Assembly: GCA_043747615.1 (NCBI GenBank)
Contig: JAYTOU010000032.1
Span: 1 to 64,000 of the forward strand
DNA length: 64,000 bases
Direction of reading: 5' to 3'
DNA from: Myxococcales bacterium
Lineage (GTDB): Bacteria > Myxococcota_A > Polyangia > Polyangiales > Polyangiaceae
Part shown: positions 10,332-20,150 of the stretch, in pieces
Layout of the letters: each line of letters opens with the position of its first letter
Position numbering within the stretch: the stretch's first letter is position 1
The notes under the pieces: generated by a model
What the model was told of the DNA's origin: nothing
Databases searched by the model: none
Seen by the model: only the letters and a program-made list of their open reading frames with translations
Made by a program: the position numbers and the translations under genes

Positions 10332-11420
10332 CTACTTCGTAACCGGAAGACGGCGTCTGCCGCCCGGGCCGCCGCTCCGATCGATGATCGGGCCGGCACC
10401 TTGCTCATTCGCTGCGTTCTTGCGATCGACCACGTCCGTCAAGCGCTCGGCGATCTCGATGAAGGAGCGCGCGATGGGGCTGTGAGGAGCGGCCTGGACG
10501 ACGGGCGTTCCCTTGTCGCCCCACTCGCGCACGGATTGATCGATGGGCACCTGACCAAGGAGCGGCACCTTCGCGAAATCGGCGATGGCTTGCCCGCCTC
10601 CCTTGCCGAACAGCTCGTGGCGAACGCCTGCGGAGTCGATGAAGTAGCTCATGTTCTCGACCACGCCGAGGACGGGAATGTTGACCTTCTCGCACATGGA
10701 GACGCTCTTGTAGACGTCGTCGGTGGCGACGGTCTGCGGGGTGGTGACTACGACCGCGCCGGTGAGCTTGAGGCTTTGCGAGAGGGTGAGCGCGACGTCT
10801 CCCGTTCCCGGTGGCAGATCGAGGAGAAGAAAATCGAGCGGGCCCCAGTGCACGTCTTTCAAGAATTGCATGAGCGCGCCGTGCAGCATGGGCCCGCGCC
10901 AGACCACGGCGGCCTTCGCGTCTTCGAGGAGGAAGCCGATGCTCATGAGCTTGATACCGAAGCGCTCGAGCGGCTCGATCGTCTTTCCATCGAGAGAAAC
11001 AGGGCGTCCGGACACTCCGAGCATCGTCGGGATCGACGGGCCATAGATGTCGGCGTCGAGCAGCCCTACGCGGTAGCCGGCTCGGTGGAGCGCGAGCGTG
11101 AGGTTCGTGGCGCACGTGCTCTTGCCCACGCCCCCCTTGCCGCTCATCACGAGGACGACGTTCTTCACCTCGGGGAGCGGATCGTCTTTCGGGACTTCGC
11201 GGCCGGCGACCTCGCCCGTCCAGCGGACCTCGACGTTCTTGACGCCCTCGAGCTTGGCGAGAACCGCGCGCACCTTCGCGCCGAGCGCTTCGCGGCTGGC
11301 GCCGGTGGCAGCGAGCGTGACGATGACGTCGCCACCGAGAACCGCGCCGTCGACGGCCATTCCCATCTCTTGGATTTCGCGGGAGAGGAGCGCGAGCACG
11401 TCGTCTTTGGTAATGGCCAT
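10332..11420 (-). CDS. apbC: Mrp/NBP35 Fe-S cluster carrier ATPase
   Basis: SGKGGVGKST, DADIYGPS, WRGPM, DLPPGTGD and VENMS motifs. Confidence 0.9.
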   Translation of the reverse strand: MAITKDDVLALLSREIQEMGMAVDGAVLGGDVIVTLAATGASREALGAKVRAVLAKLEGVKNVEVRWTGEVAGREVPKDDPLPEVKNVVLVMSGKGGVGKSTCATNLTLALHRAGYRVGLLDADIYGPSIPTMLGVSGRPVSLDGKTIEPLERFGIKLMSIGFLLEDAKAAVVWRGPMLHGALMQFLKDVHWGPLDFLLLDLPPGTGDVALTLSQSLKLTGAVVVTTPQTVATDDVYKSVSMCEKVNIPVLGVVENMSYFIDSAGVRHELFGKGGGQAIADFAKVPLLGQVPIDQSVREWGDKGTPVVQAAPHSPIARSFIEIAERLTDVVDRKNAANEQGAGPIIDRSGGPGGRRRLPVTK

Positions 11421-11422
11421 TT

Positions 11423-12799
11423 CTAGAACCTATAGACGAGAAGCTTTCGCTCGGTCATCTCTTCGATCGCAAAGCGCACTCCTTCGCGGCCGATGCCGGA
11501 GTCGCGCGTGCCCCCGTAGGGCATGGAGTCGACACGAAAGCTCGGCGCGTCTCCGACGATGAGCCCGCCCACCGAGAGCCGAGAAAAGGCCTGTCGAATG
11601 CGTTCGTGGGAGTCGGTGAAGATGCCGGCCTGGAGGCCGTAGCGCGAGGCGTTCGCGAGGGTCAGCGCCTCATCCCAAGAATCGTACGTGTGGAGGGTGA
11701 GCACGGGGCCGAACGCCTCTTCGTCGACCACCTTGAGGCCGCGACCGTCGCCTTTGATCTGGAGGATGGTGGCCTCGAGCTTTGCGCCGTCGCGTTTGCC
11801 GCCAACGAGCACCCTAGCTCCGCGCTGCTTTGCCTCGGCGATCCACGACTCGACGCGCTTGGCATTTCCTTCGTCGATCATCGAGCTGAGCACCGCCTTC
11901 GGATCGAGCGGATCGGTCGGCGTAAGAGCCCGCGCGCGTTCGACGAGCTCGGCCGTGAAGGCCTCGGCGATCGGCGTATGGAGGTAGGCGCGCTGCACCT
12001 TGATGCAGACCTGCCCGGCGTAACCAAAGGCGGCTGCGGTGATCCGATCGGCGGCGAAGGAGAGGTTCGCGTCGTCGTGGACGATGGCGGCCGCGTTTCC
12101 TCCGAGCTCGAGGATCACCTGCTTTTTCCCAGAGATCGCCTTCAAGTGCCAGCCCACCTTGGCGCTCCCGGTGAACGACAGCGCGGCGAAGCGGTCGTCT
12201 CTCACCATCATCTCGGCGACGTCGACATCGCACGGTACGACTTGAAGCGCGTTCTCCGGTGCCCCCGACTCTCGTACGATCGTCTCGAGGAGCAGCGACG
12301 TAAGCGGCGCCTGCGGAGCGGGCTTGAGCACCAAGGAGCAGCCGCACGCGAGCGCCGGCGCGACTTTGTGCGCCACCAGATTGAGCGGAAAGTTGAACGG
12401 TGAAATACCGAGCACCGGCCCACGCGGAAAGCGGCTCCACTCCCCGCGAAAGCCTTCGCTCCCCTTGGTGATGTCGAGCGGAAGCACCTCGCCGGTGATG
12501 CGCGTCGCTTCTTCGGCGGCGATCTCGAACGTGGAAATCGCGCGTGTCACCTCGACCCGCGCGAGAGCGATCGGCTTTCCCGCTTCACGCGCAATGAGGT
12601 TCGCGAGCTCTTCGTGGCGCGCTTCGATACCGCGGGTGATGCGGCGGAGGATTTCTTTGCGCGCGTAGCTGGACAGAGCGCGCATTTTCTCGAACGCCAC
12701 GACACTCGCGGAAATGGCTTCTTTTGCCCTCGCGTCGCTGAAGAGATCGACGTCGGCAATGTGCTTTCCACTCCAAGGCTCGGTGACCGCGTGGCTCAT
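11423..12799 (-). CDS. Aldehyde dehydrogenase family protein
   Basis: ISPFNFPLNL, FTGS, LELGGN, catalytic GQVC and EEAFGPV. Confidence 0.92.
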   Translation of the reverse strand: MSHAVTEPWSGKHIADVDLFSDARAKEAISASVVAFEKMRALSSYARKEILRRITRGIEARHEELANLIAREAGKPIALARVEVTRAISTFEIAAEEATRITGEVLPLDITKGSEGFRGEWSRFPRGPVLGISPFNFPLNLVAHKVAPALACGCSLVLKPAPQAPLTSLLLETIVRESGAPENALQVVPCDVDVAEMMVRDDRFAALSFTGSAKVGWHLKAISGKKQVILELGGNAAAIVHDDANLSFAADRITAAAFGYAGQVCIKVQRAYLHTPIAEAFTAELVERARALTPTDPLDPKAVLSSMIDEGNAKRVESWIAEAKQRGARVLVGGKRDGAKLEATILQIKGDGRGLKVVDEEAFGPVLTLHTYDSWDEALTLANASRYGLQAGIFTDSHERIRQAFSRLSVGGLIVGDAPSFRVDSMPYGGTRDSGIGREGVRFAIEEMTERKLLVYRF

Positions 12800-12815
12800 G
12801 GCGCTGAGTATAGTT

Positions 12816-12855
12816 AAAGAAAAACGGCGCGCTCCCTACTCGGGAAACGCGCCGT
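12816..12855 (-). terminator. Intrinsic terminator downstream of the Cys-rich lipoprotein gene
   Basis: The minus strand reads ACGGCGCGTTTCCC-GAGTA-GGGAGCGCGCCGT-TTTTCTTT: a GC stem followed by a U-tract. Confidence 0.75.
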
Positions 12856-12896
12856 CGCTCGAACCGATGAGCCGACGTACGTCAGCTCATGTCAGT

Positions 12897-14198
12897 TCAC
12901 TTCATGCCGATGGAGGCGGTGACGTCGATCGAGGCTTTGAGCGTGGCCGCGAAGTCCGTAGACGCCTGGCCCGCCGCCGCTCCCATTTTGACGAGGCAGG
13001 CAGTGCCGGCCGCGTCGAGCTTACCGGAGGCCGTGATGTCTGCGCCGCCGGAGATGACGCCGGAGAGCTGACCGGCGAAGTCCGCGCCGCGCGCCTTCAC
13101 GACGAGCACGAGCTTGGGGAGATTCGCTTCGAGGGTGTTGATGAGCACGTTGAGCTGCCCTTCGGCGCCCGCGGTGACGCTACCCGTGAAGCCGATTTTG
13201 ACCTCGGGGGGCGTGCAAGACGCCTTCGCGCTCGCGCTCGCGTTGCAGTTCGCCTGGCAGTTTGCGCTGACCATGCAGCCGCCTTCGAGCTTGCCACCGG
13301 TGCAGGAGAGGGGCTTGAATTCGCCCATGCAGGTGCCCGAGCACTTGACCGAAGCCATGCCGGGGGTCGCCGTGCAGTTTCCGGTGCATTTTCCGCCGCA
13401 GGTTCCCTTGCAGGCGATCTTGGGCGCCGTCGCGCTTGCCGTGCATTTCGCGCTGCACGTTCCCTTGCAGCTTCCGTCCGCTTGGATGCCGCTTCCGCCA
13501 GCCGAGCCGCCCGCGGCGCAGGTGCCTTCGCACTTGCCGTCGCAGTCGACCGCTACGCCGCCCGAGGCTTCACAGGTGCCTTCGCACGTTCCGCTGCAAG
13601 ACCCCGTGCATTCGATCGTCGGCGCGGTGGCCGACGCGTTGCACGAGCCCGAACACTCGACTTCGAGCGTGCCGCCCGTGCACTTCGGGGGGTTCGCCTT
13701 GATGTCGCACTTCGCGTTGACGTCGCAGCTACCCTGACAGCTTGCCGTCGCGGTGAGCGAGGCCGAGCAAACGGGGGGCGTGATGTCGAGCTTCAGGCTC
13801 GCCGAGCCGGACGCGCCGAACGACGCCGTGAGGGTCGCGTTAATCTTTGCCTTGGCCTCACCGCACCAGAAGGTGAGGAGGTCAGCGCCGGTCTTCCCGT
13901 TTGCCATGGGGGTCGCCGGGTCGTCACCGAGGTCCGTCGCGATGGCCATGCAGGCGCCGGTTACGTCCGCGAGAGCCGTCCCCGCGAGGGCCGACATGTC
14001 GCCGGCGGCTTGCCCGAACGCCGTGAATTGTCCCTTGAGCGAGGCGTCGCCCGTGAACTTCGCCGCGGCCATGTCCTGACCGGGCTTGAAGTCGGCGCAG
14101 CAAAGGCCGTCCTGCAAGCCGCTTACCGAGCTGCAAGCAAGACCTGGAACCGTGAGCACCGCAGCGAGGACAAATCCCGGAAAAAAGCGATTCTTCAT
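12897..14198 (-). CDS. Secreted Cys-rich lipoprotein (34 Cys, CxxxC repeats)
   Basis: AAGGAG RBS before the ATG at 14198; signal peptide with lipobox GLAC; central CxGxC repeats; Ala-rich, probably helical ends. Confidence 0.8.
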   Translation of the reverse strand: MKNRFFPGFVLAAVLTVPGLACSSVSGLQDGLCCADFKPGQDMAAAKFTGDASLKGQFTAFGQAAGDMSALAGTALADVTGACMAIATDLGDDPATPMANGKTGADLLTFWCGEAKAKINATLTASFGASGSASLKLDITPPVCSASLTATASCQGSCDVNAKCDIKANPPKCTGGTLEVECSGSCNASATAPTIECTGSCSGTCEGTCEASGGVAVDCDGKCEGTCAAGGSAGGSGIQADGSCKGTCSAKCTASATAPKIACKGTCGGKCTGNCTATPGMASVKCSGTCMGEFKPLSCTGGKLEGGCMVSANCQANCNASASAKASCTPPEVKIGFTGSVTAGAEGQLNVLINTLEANLPKLVLVVKARGADFAGQLSGVISGGADITASGKLDAAGTACLVKMGAAAGQASTDFAATLKASIDVTASIGMK

Positions 14199-14462
14199 TG
14201 AAAGACTCCTTAGTGTTTTTGACCACGCCGCATGACGTGCCGTCAGCTTTTTGAGGCCAGCAAGCGCCCCCGATCCCTCGGTAGACGTAACCGCGTGCGA
14301 GCCAATGCAACCCGAGGCGCGGTGCGATCCGTTACCAACCCATTCGAGCATCGCAATCTACATGAAAGCGCGGACTTTCTCTTAAAAAGAAAAGGCGCGC
14401 TCCCCCAAGCACAGCCGTTGCTCGCGGAGCTAAATGCCATTGGTCAGTGCGGATTCACGCGC

Positions 14463-16868
14463 TCACGGCGATCGACAGGGGTGCTGCGTCCCATCCGTTC
14501 GGGAGGCGAGAAACGACGACACCCACTCCACGCGAAGACGCTCGGGCACGACCGCAAGGTTTGGCGCCATCGTCGCGAGCTCCGTTTTTCCGCGCTCCTG
14601 GGGGAACGCGCCGGCGTAGTGGCACGTCATGCATGCGCTGTCGTTCGTCGAAACAGGCTTAGTTTCAGGCGCGACGTAGGGGTACGCGGCTCCATCGCGG
14701 CGAGCGAAGAAGAGTACGAGCGTCATCGTGTGATCGGGCGACAGCGCGTACGTCGGCATACGCATCGCGAGCTTCTCGATCGGCGAGAGCTCTCCATAGA
14801 CCCACTCCGGGTGAAGCGGTGGTCGCACACCGAGCGCGCCAGGAGCTTTCAGGAACGCAGCGAGCCAGTCGGGCTGGACGCGTGAACCTTCGCCTACGAG
14901 CGACGGTGCGGCCGCCGAGCCATCGTGACATTTTTCGCATGCTCCGCGACGAAAGAGCGCGCGCCCCGCCGCGATGTCCGACGAAACGTAGCCGACGCTG
15001 GGATCAAACGGAGGCGCGGGAGGATCTCCGATGCGCCCTTCGAGGTACACCGTGAGCGCGCGGATCTCGGTCGCGCCGAGCTCGTAGTCCGGCATTCTCA
15101 ATTTCGTGTCGTCGTGATCGAAGAGACGGGGAGCGTCGAGCTTCTCCACCGTGAACATGGCGCGGGTGCGATCGTCACGTGCGGTCGTCTGCCCGAAATC
15201 AAGGGAACGAACGTCTCGCGTGCCCCACGCGCTGAGGTCTCGCGCGAGCCCTGTCGGGTGCGCCAGCCCGGGAATGATGTGGCAGCCGGTGCATCCCTCG
15301 CGGAGGACGATTTCTTTTCCACGCTCAGCGTGGGCTATGCGAAACGCCTCATTTTCAAGCTGTTTCGCGTCAACGCTGGTCTCGCCGCTCGCGCTTCGCG
15401 CCAGGTACTTGCCGACGCTCGCCGCTTCCCGTCGTGTGAGGCGAAGGCTCGGCATCTTCGCTCTCGCCCACACGCGCGAAGGGTCTTGCACATAGTAGGC
15501 AATGAAGTCTTCGTTCGACGGCGCGCCGATCGCCGCGGCATCGGCGTGGCAGCTCGGGCACCCGGAGGCGCGGAAAATCTGCTCCCCTTCTTCTTTGCTC
15601 GAGCCCGGGACGTTCGCGTGTCCACGCACGCGATCCCCAAGAGGTGATGTGGCGGCGGCGGTCATCAAGAATGCCGTGACGTCGAGCGTCTCTTCGCGCA
15701 TCTTTTTTTCCCACGCGTCGTAGGCTGCCATCCCCTTCGTGAGCGGTGATCGCGTGGTCGGATCAATCGGCACGGGCCACGACGTCGGCATGCGCGAGGC
15801 CTTCGAGAGCGCGCGCGGATCGCGGATGAAGTCGAGGATCCAACCAGGCGAGGTCTTCGCCGTGAGCTCCGTGATCGGCGGCGCGAGATCATGATCGCCT
15901 TCTTGATGACAGCCCGCGCACGCGAGATCTTCGAAGAGCCGGCGCCCCGTCGTGAAGCTCGAGGCGCCATCGAGATCGGCGTCCTTGGTGTGGCATCGGC
16001 CGCAGCCTGCTTCGAGCTCCGGAAGTGCGTTGAGGAACGCGTCGAGAGAATCTTGGGGAATCGCGCGGCCGCCGGGCTCGCTCTTCAACGGCAAGCTCGG
16101 TGCATCGTCGGCAACGTGAGCGACGGCGGGCGCCTCGTCTGCCTTCGTGAAGCCCAGCACCTCGCCGAGCGCCGGCTTCATTCGCAGGGAAAATTTCGAG
16201 GTCCCATCGACGGCCGAGATCTTCACGTGCGCGCCGTCGCGACGAACGGACACGAACGGAAGCTGCGCTTCGATCGCCGAAAAGAGCGCGGCCTCCGTTG
16301 CGTACGTGCCGGCGAGGCTCGCTTTTTTCCATTCACCGCTCTCGAGCTTCGCCTCGAGCACGTCGTTTCGCTCGTCGAGCTGCACGTGGCTGAGCGTGCC
16401 GCGGCGGAGCATCGGTTCGAGGGCCTCTCCTGTTGACTCCCAGCGCACGCCGCCTGCGACCTCCCGAAGCTCGAGCCGGGCGTGGGCGCCGCGATCGGTT
16501 CGACTGGCTGCGCCGCGGTGGCACGACACGCAACCGAACTTCTCGATCGGATGCGAGCGCAAGAGAGAACCTGGATGCGCACGAAACTGAGTCGGCACGA
16601 GCGGGCCCGTGAGCGACGCATCGAGCACGCCGAGATGGCATGTGATGCAGCGCTCAACGAGCGGACCGCCACTTTTTTCGGCGCGCCACCGGGTAGTGAG
16701 CGATTTGACCGCGAGGTGCGGCGCTTCGCCTTTCCGTGCAAAGAACGCGCGCTGCTCCGTTTCCCACTCGGCGCGGCGCTCGGCGTCTTTGCCGAACGTC
16801 CAAGCCGTTGCGAGCGCGAAGAGAACCGCGAAGGCAGCGAGGATGGCCGCCGCGTGGCGGTTAGACAC
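14463..16868 (-). CDS. Membrane-anchored multiheme c-type cytochrome (8 CxxCH)
   Basis: CITCH, CVSCH, CGRCH, CAGCH, CPSCH, CTGCH, CEKCH, CMTCH; N-terminal hydrophobic anchor; repeated W...P...MP class I cytochrome c elements. Confidence 0.85.
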   Translation of the reverse strand: MSNRHAAAILAAFAVLFALATAWTFGKDAERRAEWETEQRAFFARKGEAPHLAVKSLTTRWRAEKSGGPLVERCITCHLGVLDASLTGPLVPTQFRAHPGSLLRSHPIEKFGCVSCHRGAASRTDRGAHARLELREVAGGVRWESTGEALEPMLRRGTLSHVQLDERNDVLEAKLESGEWKKASLAGTYATEAALFSAIEAQLPFVSVRRDGAHVKISAVDGTSKFSLRMKPALGEVLGFTKADEAPAVAHVADDAPSLPLKSEPGGRAIPQDSLDAFLNALPELEAGCGRCHTKDADLDGASSFTTGRRLFEDLACAGCHQEGDHDLAPPITELTAKTSPGWILDFIRDPRALSKASRMPTSWPVPIDPTTRSPLTKGMAAYDAWEKKMREETLDVTAFLMTAAATSPLGDRVRGHANVPGSSKEEGEQIFRASGCPSCHADAAAIGAPSNEDFIAYYVQDPSRVWARAKMPSLRLTRREAASVGKYLARSASGETSVDAKQLENEAFRIAHAERGKEIVLREGCTGCHIIPGLAHPTGLARDLSAWGTRDVRSLDFGQTTARDDRTRAMFTVEKLDAPRLFDHDDTKLRMPDYELGATEIRALTVYLEGRIGDPPAPPFDPSVGYVSSDIAAGRALFRRGACEKCHDGSAAAPSLVGEGSRVQPDWLAAFLKAPGALGVRPPLHPEWVYGELSPIEKLAMRMPTYALSPDHTMTLVLFFARRDGAAYPYVAPETKPVSTNDSACMTCHYAGAFPQERGKTELATMAPNLAVVPERLRVEWVSSFLASRTDGTQHPCRSP

Positions 16869-18102
16869 GCTCGATGGGCGTGGGGCGGATCGAGATTTTT
16901 CGGCGCGCGAAGTCGATGGCGGTGTTCATGGCGGCGAGCCCCTCGCGAATGCGCTCGATGCCCGTGGCGTAGCTGAAACGCATGTACCCCGGCGCGCCAA
17001 ACGCCCCGCCAGGAACCGCGGCCACATGCGCGCGCTCGAGGAGGAAAAACGCGATGTCTTCGTCGTTGAGGATCTTCTTCTCGTCCCAGTTGATCCCGTA
17101 CATCTCGCGGCAATCGGCGAACGCGTAGAAGGCCCCTTCCGGCACGCCGCAGCGGATCCCGGAGATGGCGTTGAGGCCGCTGACCATCGCGTCTCGTCGC
17201 TCCTGAAATGCCGCGCGCATGCGGGCAAGCTCGTGCTGCGGACCGCTCAGCGCCGCGATGGCCGCGTGCTGAGCGACGGCGCTCGGGTTCGTGGTGCTCT
17301 GCCCTTGCACGAGGTCGCACGCTTTGGCGATCTCGCGGGGGGCGATCGACCAGCCGATCCGCCATCCGGTCATGGCGTACGACTTGGAAACGCCGTCTAC
17401 GATGATCAAGCGATCGGCGAGATCCGGAGCGATCTTTCGCGGGCTGACGTGACGGAATCCGTCGTAGACGAGCTCGCCGTAAATCTCGTCGACGATGATC
17501 CAGCAGTCGTGGGCACGCAGCACGTCGAGGAGCCCGCGGAGCTGCGCTTCGTTGTAGCCCGCGCCCGTCGGGTTGGAAGGCGTGCACAAGATCACCGCCT
17601 TGGTCTTCGCGGTGAGCGCCTTCGCTAGCTCCTCGGGGCGAAGCCGCCAACCTTCGGATTCGAGGGTAGGCGCGATGACCGGCGTTGCGCCCATCATTCG
17701 GACTTGCTCGGGATAGCTCACCCAGTACGGAGCGGGGATGACGACCTCGTCGCCCGGCTCGTAGAGCGCGAGAGCAAGATTGAACAGAGCGTGCTTGGCG
17801 CCCACGCTCACCGTTATCTGGTCGGGTGTCGGCGTGTATCCACGCTGGTGCGCGGTCGCTGCACAGATGGCCGCCTTCAACGGAGCAATGCCCGTGACGG
17901 CCGTGTACTTCGAGGCGCGGCCTTCGTCGATCGCGGCCTTCGCGGCGTCGAGCACGTGCTGGGGAGGCTCGTAATCAGGCTCGCCGACGCCGAACGCGAA
18001 GACGTCGATCCCGCTCGCACGCAGCGCATTGGCTCGAGCGCTCATCTCCAAGGTCACGCTCGGCGCGACCACGCTCAGTCGGTGGGCCAGTTGACGAGAC
18101 AC
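16861..18102 (-). CDS. PLP-dependent class I aminotransferase (aspartate aminotransferase-like)
   Basis: FGVGEPD, PSNPTG, DEIY and SKSYAMTGWRIG. GTG start at 18102 chosen by homolog length. Confidence 0.9.
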   Translation of the reverse strand: MSRQLAHRLSVVAPSVTLEMSARANALRASGIDVFAFGVGEPDYEPPQHVLDAAKAAIDEGRASKYTAVTGIAPLKAAICAATAHQRGYTPTPDQITVSVGAKHALFNLALALYEPGDEVVIPAPYWVSYPEQVRMMGATPVIAPTLESEGWRLRPEELAKALTAKTKAVILCTPSNPTGAGYNEAQLRGLLDVLRAHDCWIIVDEIYGELVYDGFRHVSPRKIAPDLADRLIIVDGVSKSYAMTGWRIGWSIAPREIAKACDLVQGQSTTNPSAVAQHAAIAALSGPQHELARMRAAFQERRDAMVSGLNAISGIRCGVPEGAFYAFADCREMYGINWDEKKILNDEDIAFFLLERAHVAAVPGGAFGAPGYMRFSYATGIERIREGLAAMNTAIDFARRKISIRPTPIERV

Positions 18103-18115
18103 GAGGGGAGCGCGC

Positions 18116-18343
18116 TCAGGCTTCTTTGGTCGCCGCGTCTTTTTTCGCGGAGAGGAGCTTTGCTTCCTTCGCGTCTTCGAGCGCGGGCTTCTCGTCGCCC
18201 TCGTCTGATTCCTTGAGGCCCTTCTTGAAATTCTTGATGCCCTGGCCGAGGCCTTTGCCGATGTCGGCGATGCGGCCCGCACCGAACAGCAAGAGCGCGA
18301 TGAGCGCAATGATGAGGAGCTCGCCAGGTCCGATGTTACCCAT
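18116..18343 (-). CDS. tatA: Twin-arginine translocase TatA/E subunit
   Basis: MGNIGPGELLIIALIALLLFGAGRIADIGKGLGQGIKNFKK is the TatA signature. Confidence 0.93.
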   Translation of the reverse strand: MGNIGPGELLIIALIALLLFGAGRIADIGKGLGQGIKNFKKGLKESDEGDEKPALEDAKEAKLLSAKKDAATKEA

Positions 18344-18348
18344 TGTGC

Positions 18349-19347
18349 TTATTTGCTAGCAGTCGCCCTCCGGCGGGGCAAGCGCCATAGGAGCAGCGCG
18401 CAGCCCACGGTCGCGAACGCGGCTGCCACGGGGAGCAGGAAAAATGCGGCGAGGTGCGCGTCGGAGCGCTCGAAGAGGCGCAGGGTGCCAAGGGCCGCGA
18501 GCGGACCCGACGCCCCTACGGCGAGGACGGCGACGAGGTTGCGCGCAAAGCGGCGAACGACCAGGTACGCGCTGAGCCACGCGCTGATACCGCCCGACAG
18601 AGCCACGAGCAGCGCTCTCCATGCGGGCGGCAGACTCGACGCACGCGCGAACGGCGGAAGACCCCGAACGGTCAGCGAGCCCACGTGGATGGTGGTGGTC
18701 TTGATCGCCAGGCGCGCATCATCGAGGTCGATCTGCCTGAAATCTCCGCCTATCCGCGCGTTGGCAGCCGTGAAGAAGATGCCTCCGAAGGAAGCGGGTG
18801 CCTGCCCCACGAGGCGTGGCGTGACCCCCGGCGCACACAGCCAGGTCGCGCCGAGGAAAGGGACATCGTACGTGCGGGCGTTCGAGGCGCGCTCGCACGA
18901 GACGCGGGCTTGGGCGACGAGCTCGGTCACGATCCGTCCGGGAGCGCTTGCATCGCGCCCGCCGGCAAGCGAGATCATCGCGAGCATCGCGGCAAAAAGA
19001 AGCCCTTGGGGGAGGAGGCGCGAGGCGGTTCGTGCCGGACGCTCTCCGACAAGGGCGAGCACGCGCGCTTCACCGCTCTCCACCAGCCGGGTCGCGGCCA
19101 AGGCCCACCCGAGCGGCCAGCCGAGAAGCAGCGCCGCTTCGAAGGCGAGCTCCGCGAGGCCCCGCGCAAACGGAACAGCGACCCTCCAGGGGACCGCGGA
19201 ATCGAAGAGCCACGGAAGTAGACGGATCCCCCCAGCCGTGACCCCCGCGATGGCCATGCCAGCAGAAAAGGCGGTCGCGTACCTCAGCCCATGCGCTGAG
19301 AGCGGCCCTTTGAGAGGGATAAACAAGGCGGATGCAAGCGAGGCCAC
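18349..19347 (-). CDS. Membrane protein, divergent LptF/LptG-like permease
   Basis: Three TMs, RLVESGEARVLALVGERP (resembles the LptF/G 'L..E..l...G' loop), a periplasmic domain, then three more TMs. Confidence 0.5.
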   Translation of the reverse strand: MASLASALFIPLKGPLSAHGLRYATAFSAGMAIAGVTAGGIRLLPWLFDSAVPWRVAVPFARGLAELAFEAALLLGWPLGWALAATRLVESGEARVLALVGERPARTASRLLPQGLLFAAMLAMISLAGGRDASAPGRIVTELVAQARVSCERASNARTYDVPFLGATWLCAPGVTPRLVGQAPASFGGIFFTAANARIGGDFRQIDLDDARLAIKTTTIHVGSLTVRGLPPFARASSLPPAWRALLVALSGGISAWLSAYLVVRRFARNLVAVLAVGASGPLAALGTLRLFERSDAHLAAFFLLPVAAAFATVGCALLLWRLPRRRATASK

Positions 19348-19417
19348 GAGGGAACCTTAGACCCCGATTGAACGTCGTGATAGTTTCGCGCCACTTAGCA
19401 AGACCACGAGGCGTGAC

Positions 19418-20137
19418 ATGGCTATGCGAACGAGAAATAACCAGACGAAGGCCGGTGCGCTCGCCACTGCATTTGCAATCGGCGCGCTGACGCTGACGGG
19501 AAACGCAACCCCCGCACATGCAGACGAGGTCAGTGGCACCGGCAAAGGCATCGTCGGCGGCGCGCTGCTAGGCGGCGAGGTCGTGATGATCACCGAGGCT
19601 CTCTTTCACATCGAGAACGGCTGGGCGTACGCGATCGGCGGCGGCCTCGGGGCGATCGGCGGCGGCGTCGGCGGTTATTTCATCGAGCAAGGGTCCACCA
19701 ACGGACGCGCCCCGGTGTACATGCTCGCGGGCGGCCTCGCTCTCATCATTCCGACGCTCGTTCTCACGTTGAACGCAACGCGGTACCACCCCACGGAAAA
19801 CGCCTCCGAAGATCGCGCGCCCACGAACGCCCCCCCGGCGGATCCGGGCAAGGTCGGCGGAAGTATGATTGCGCCTGGCACCCCCCCTGGCACCACCCCC
19901 TCCTCGCCGGCAGCAGCAGCGCCTGGCCCCGGAGCGGCACCCGCCCCTGCGTCGCCTGGCCCTCCCGGCCCGCCGCTGTCTCTCCTCGACGTATGGACCA
20001 CGCCCGACGCTTCGTCCGTCCGTATCGGCCTCCCGATACCGGAAGTGCGGCAGGTCTATTCGATGGCCGAGCAGAAAAAATATGGCGTCCCCGCGCAGAC
20101 CGAGCTGCGGATGCCGCTCCTCCGCTTGACGTTCTAG
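19418..20137 (+). CDS. Exported/membrane hypothetical protein
   Basis: Signal peptide (AHA-D), Gly-rich hydrophobic helices and a Pro-rich linker. Confidence 0.65.
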   Translation: MAMRTRNNQTKAGALATAFAIGALTLTGNATPAHADEVSGTGKGIVGGALLGGEVVMITEALFHIENGWAYAIGGGLGAIGGGVGGYFIEQGSTNGRAPVYMLAGGLALIIPTLVLTLNATRYHPTENASEDRAPTNAPPADPGKVGGSMIAPGTPPGTTPSSPAAAAPGPGAAPAPASPGPPGPPLSLLDVWTTPDASSVRIGLPIPEVRQVYSMAEQKKYGVPAQTELRMPLLRLTF

Positions 20138-20150
20138 GGCGGGCCTCGCC

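Noticed and set aside
14199..14462. Possible sigma54 promoter upstream of the Cys-rich gene
   Set aside because: GG-to-GC spacing is 9 rather than the required 10.
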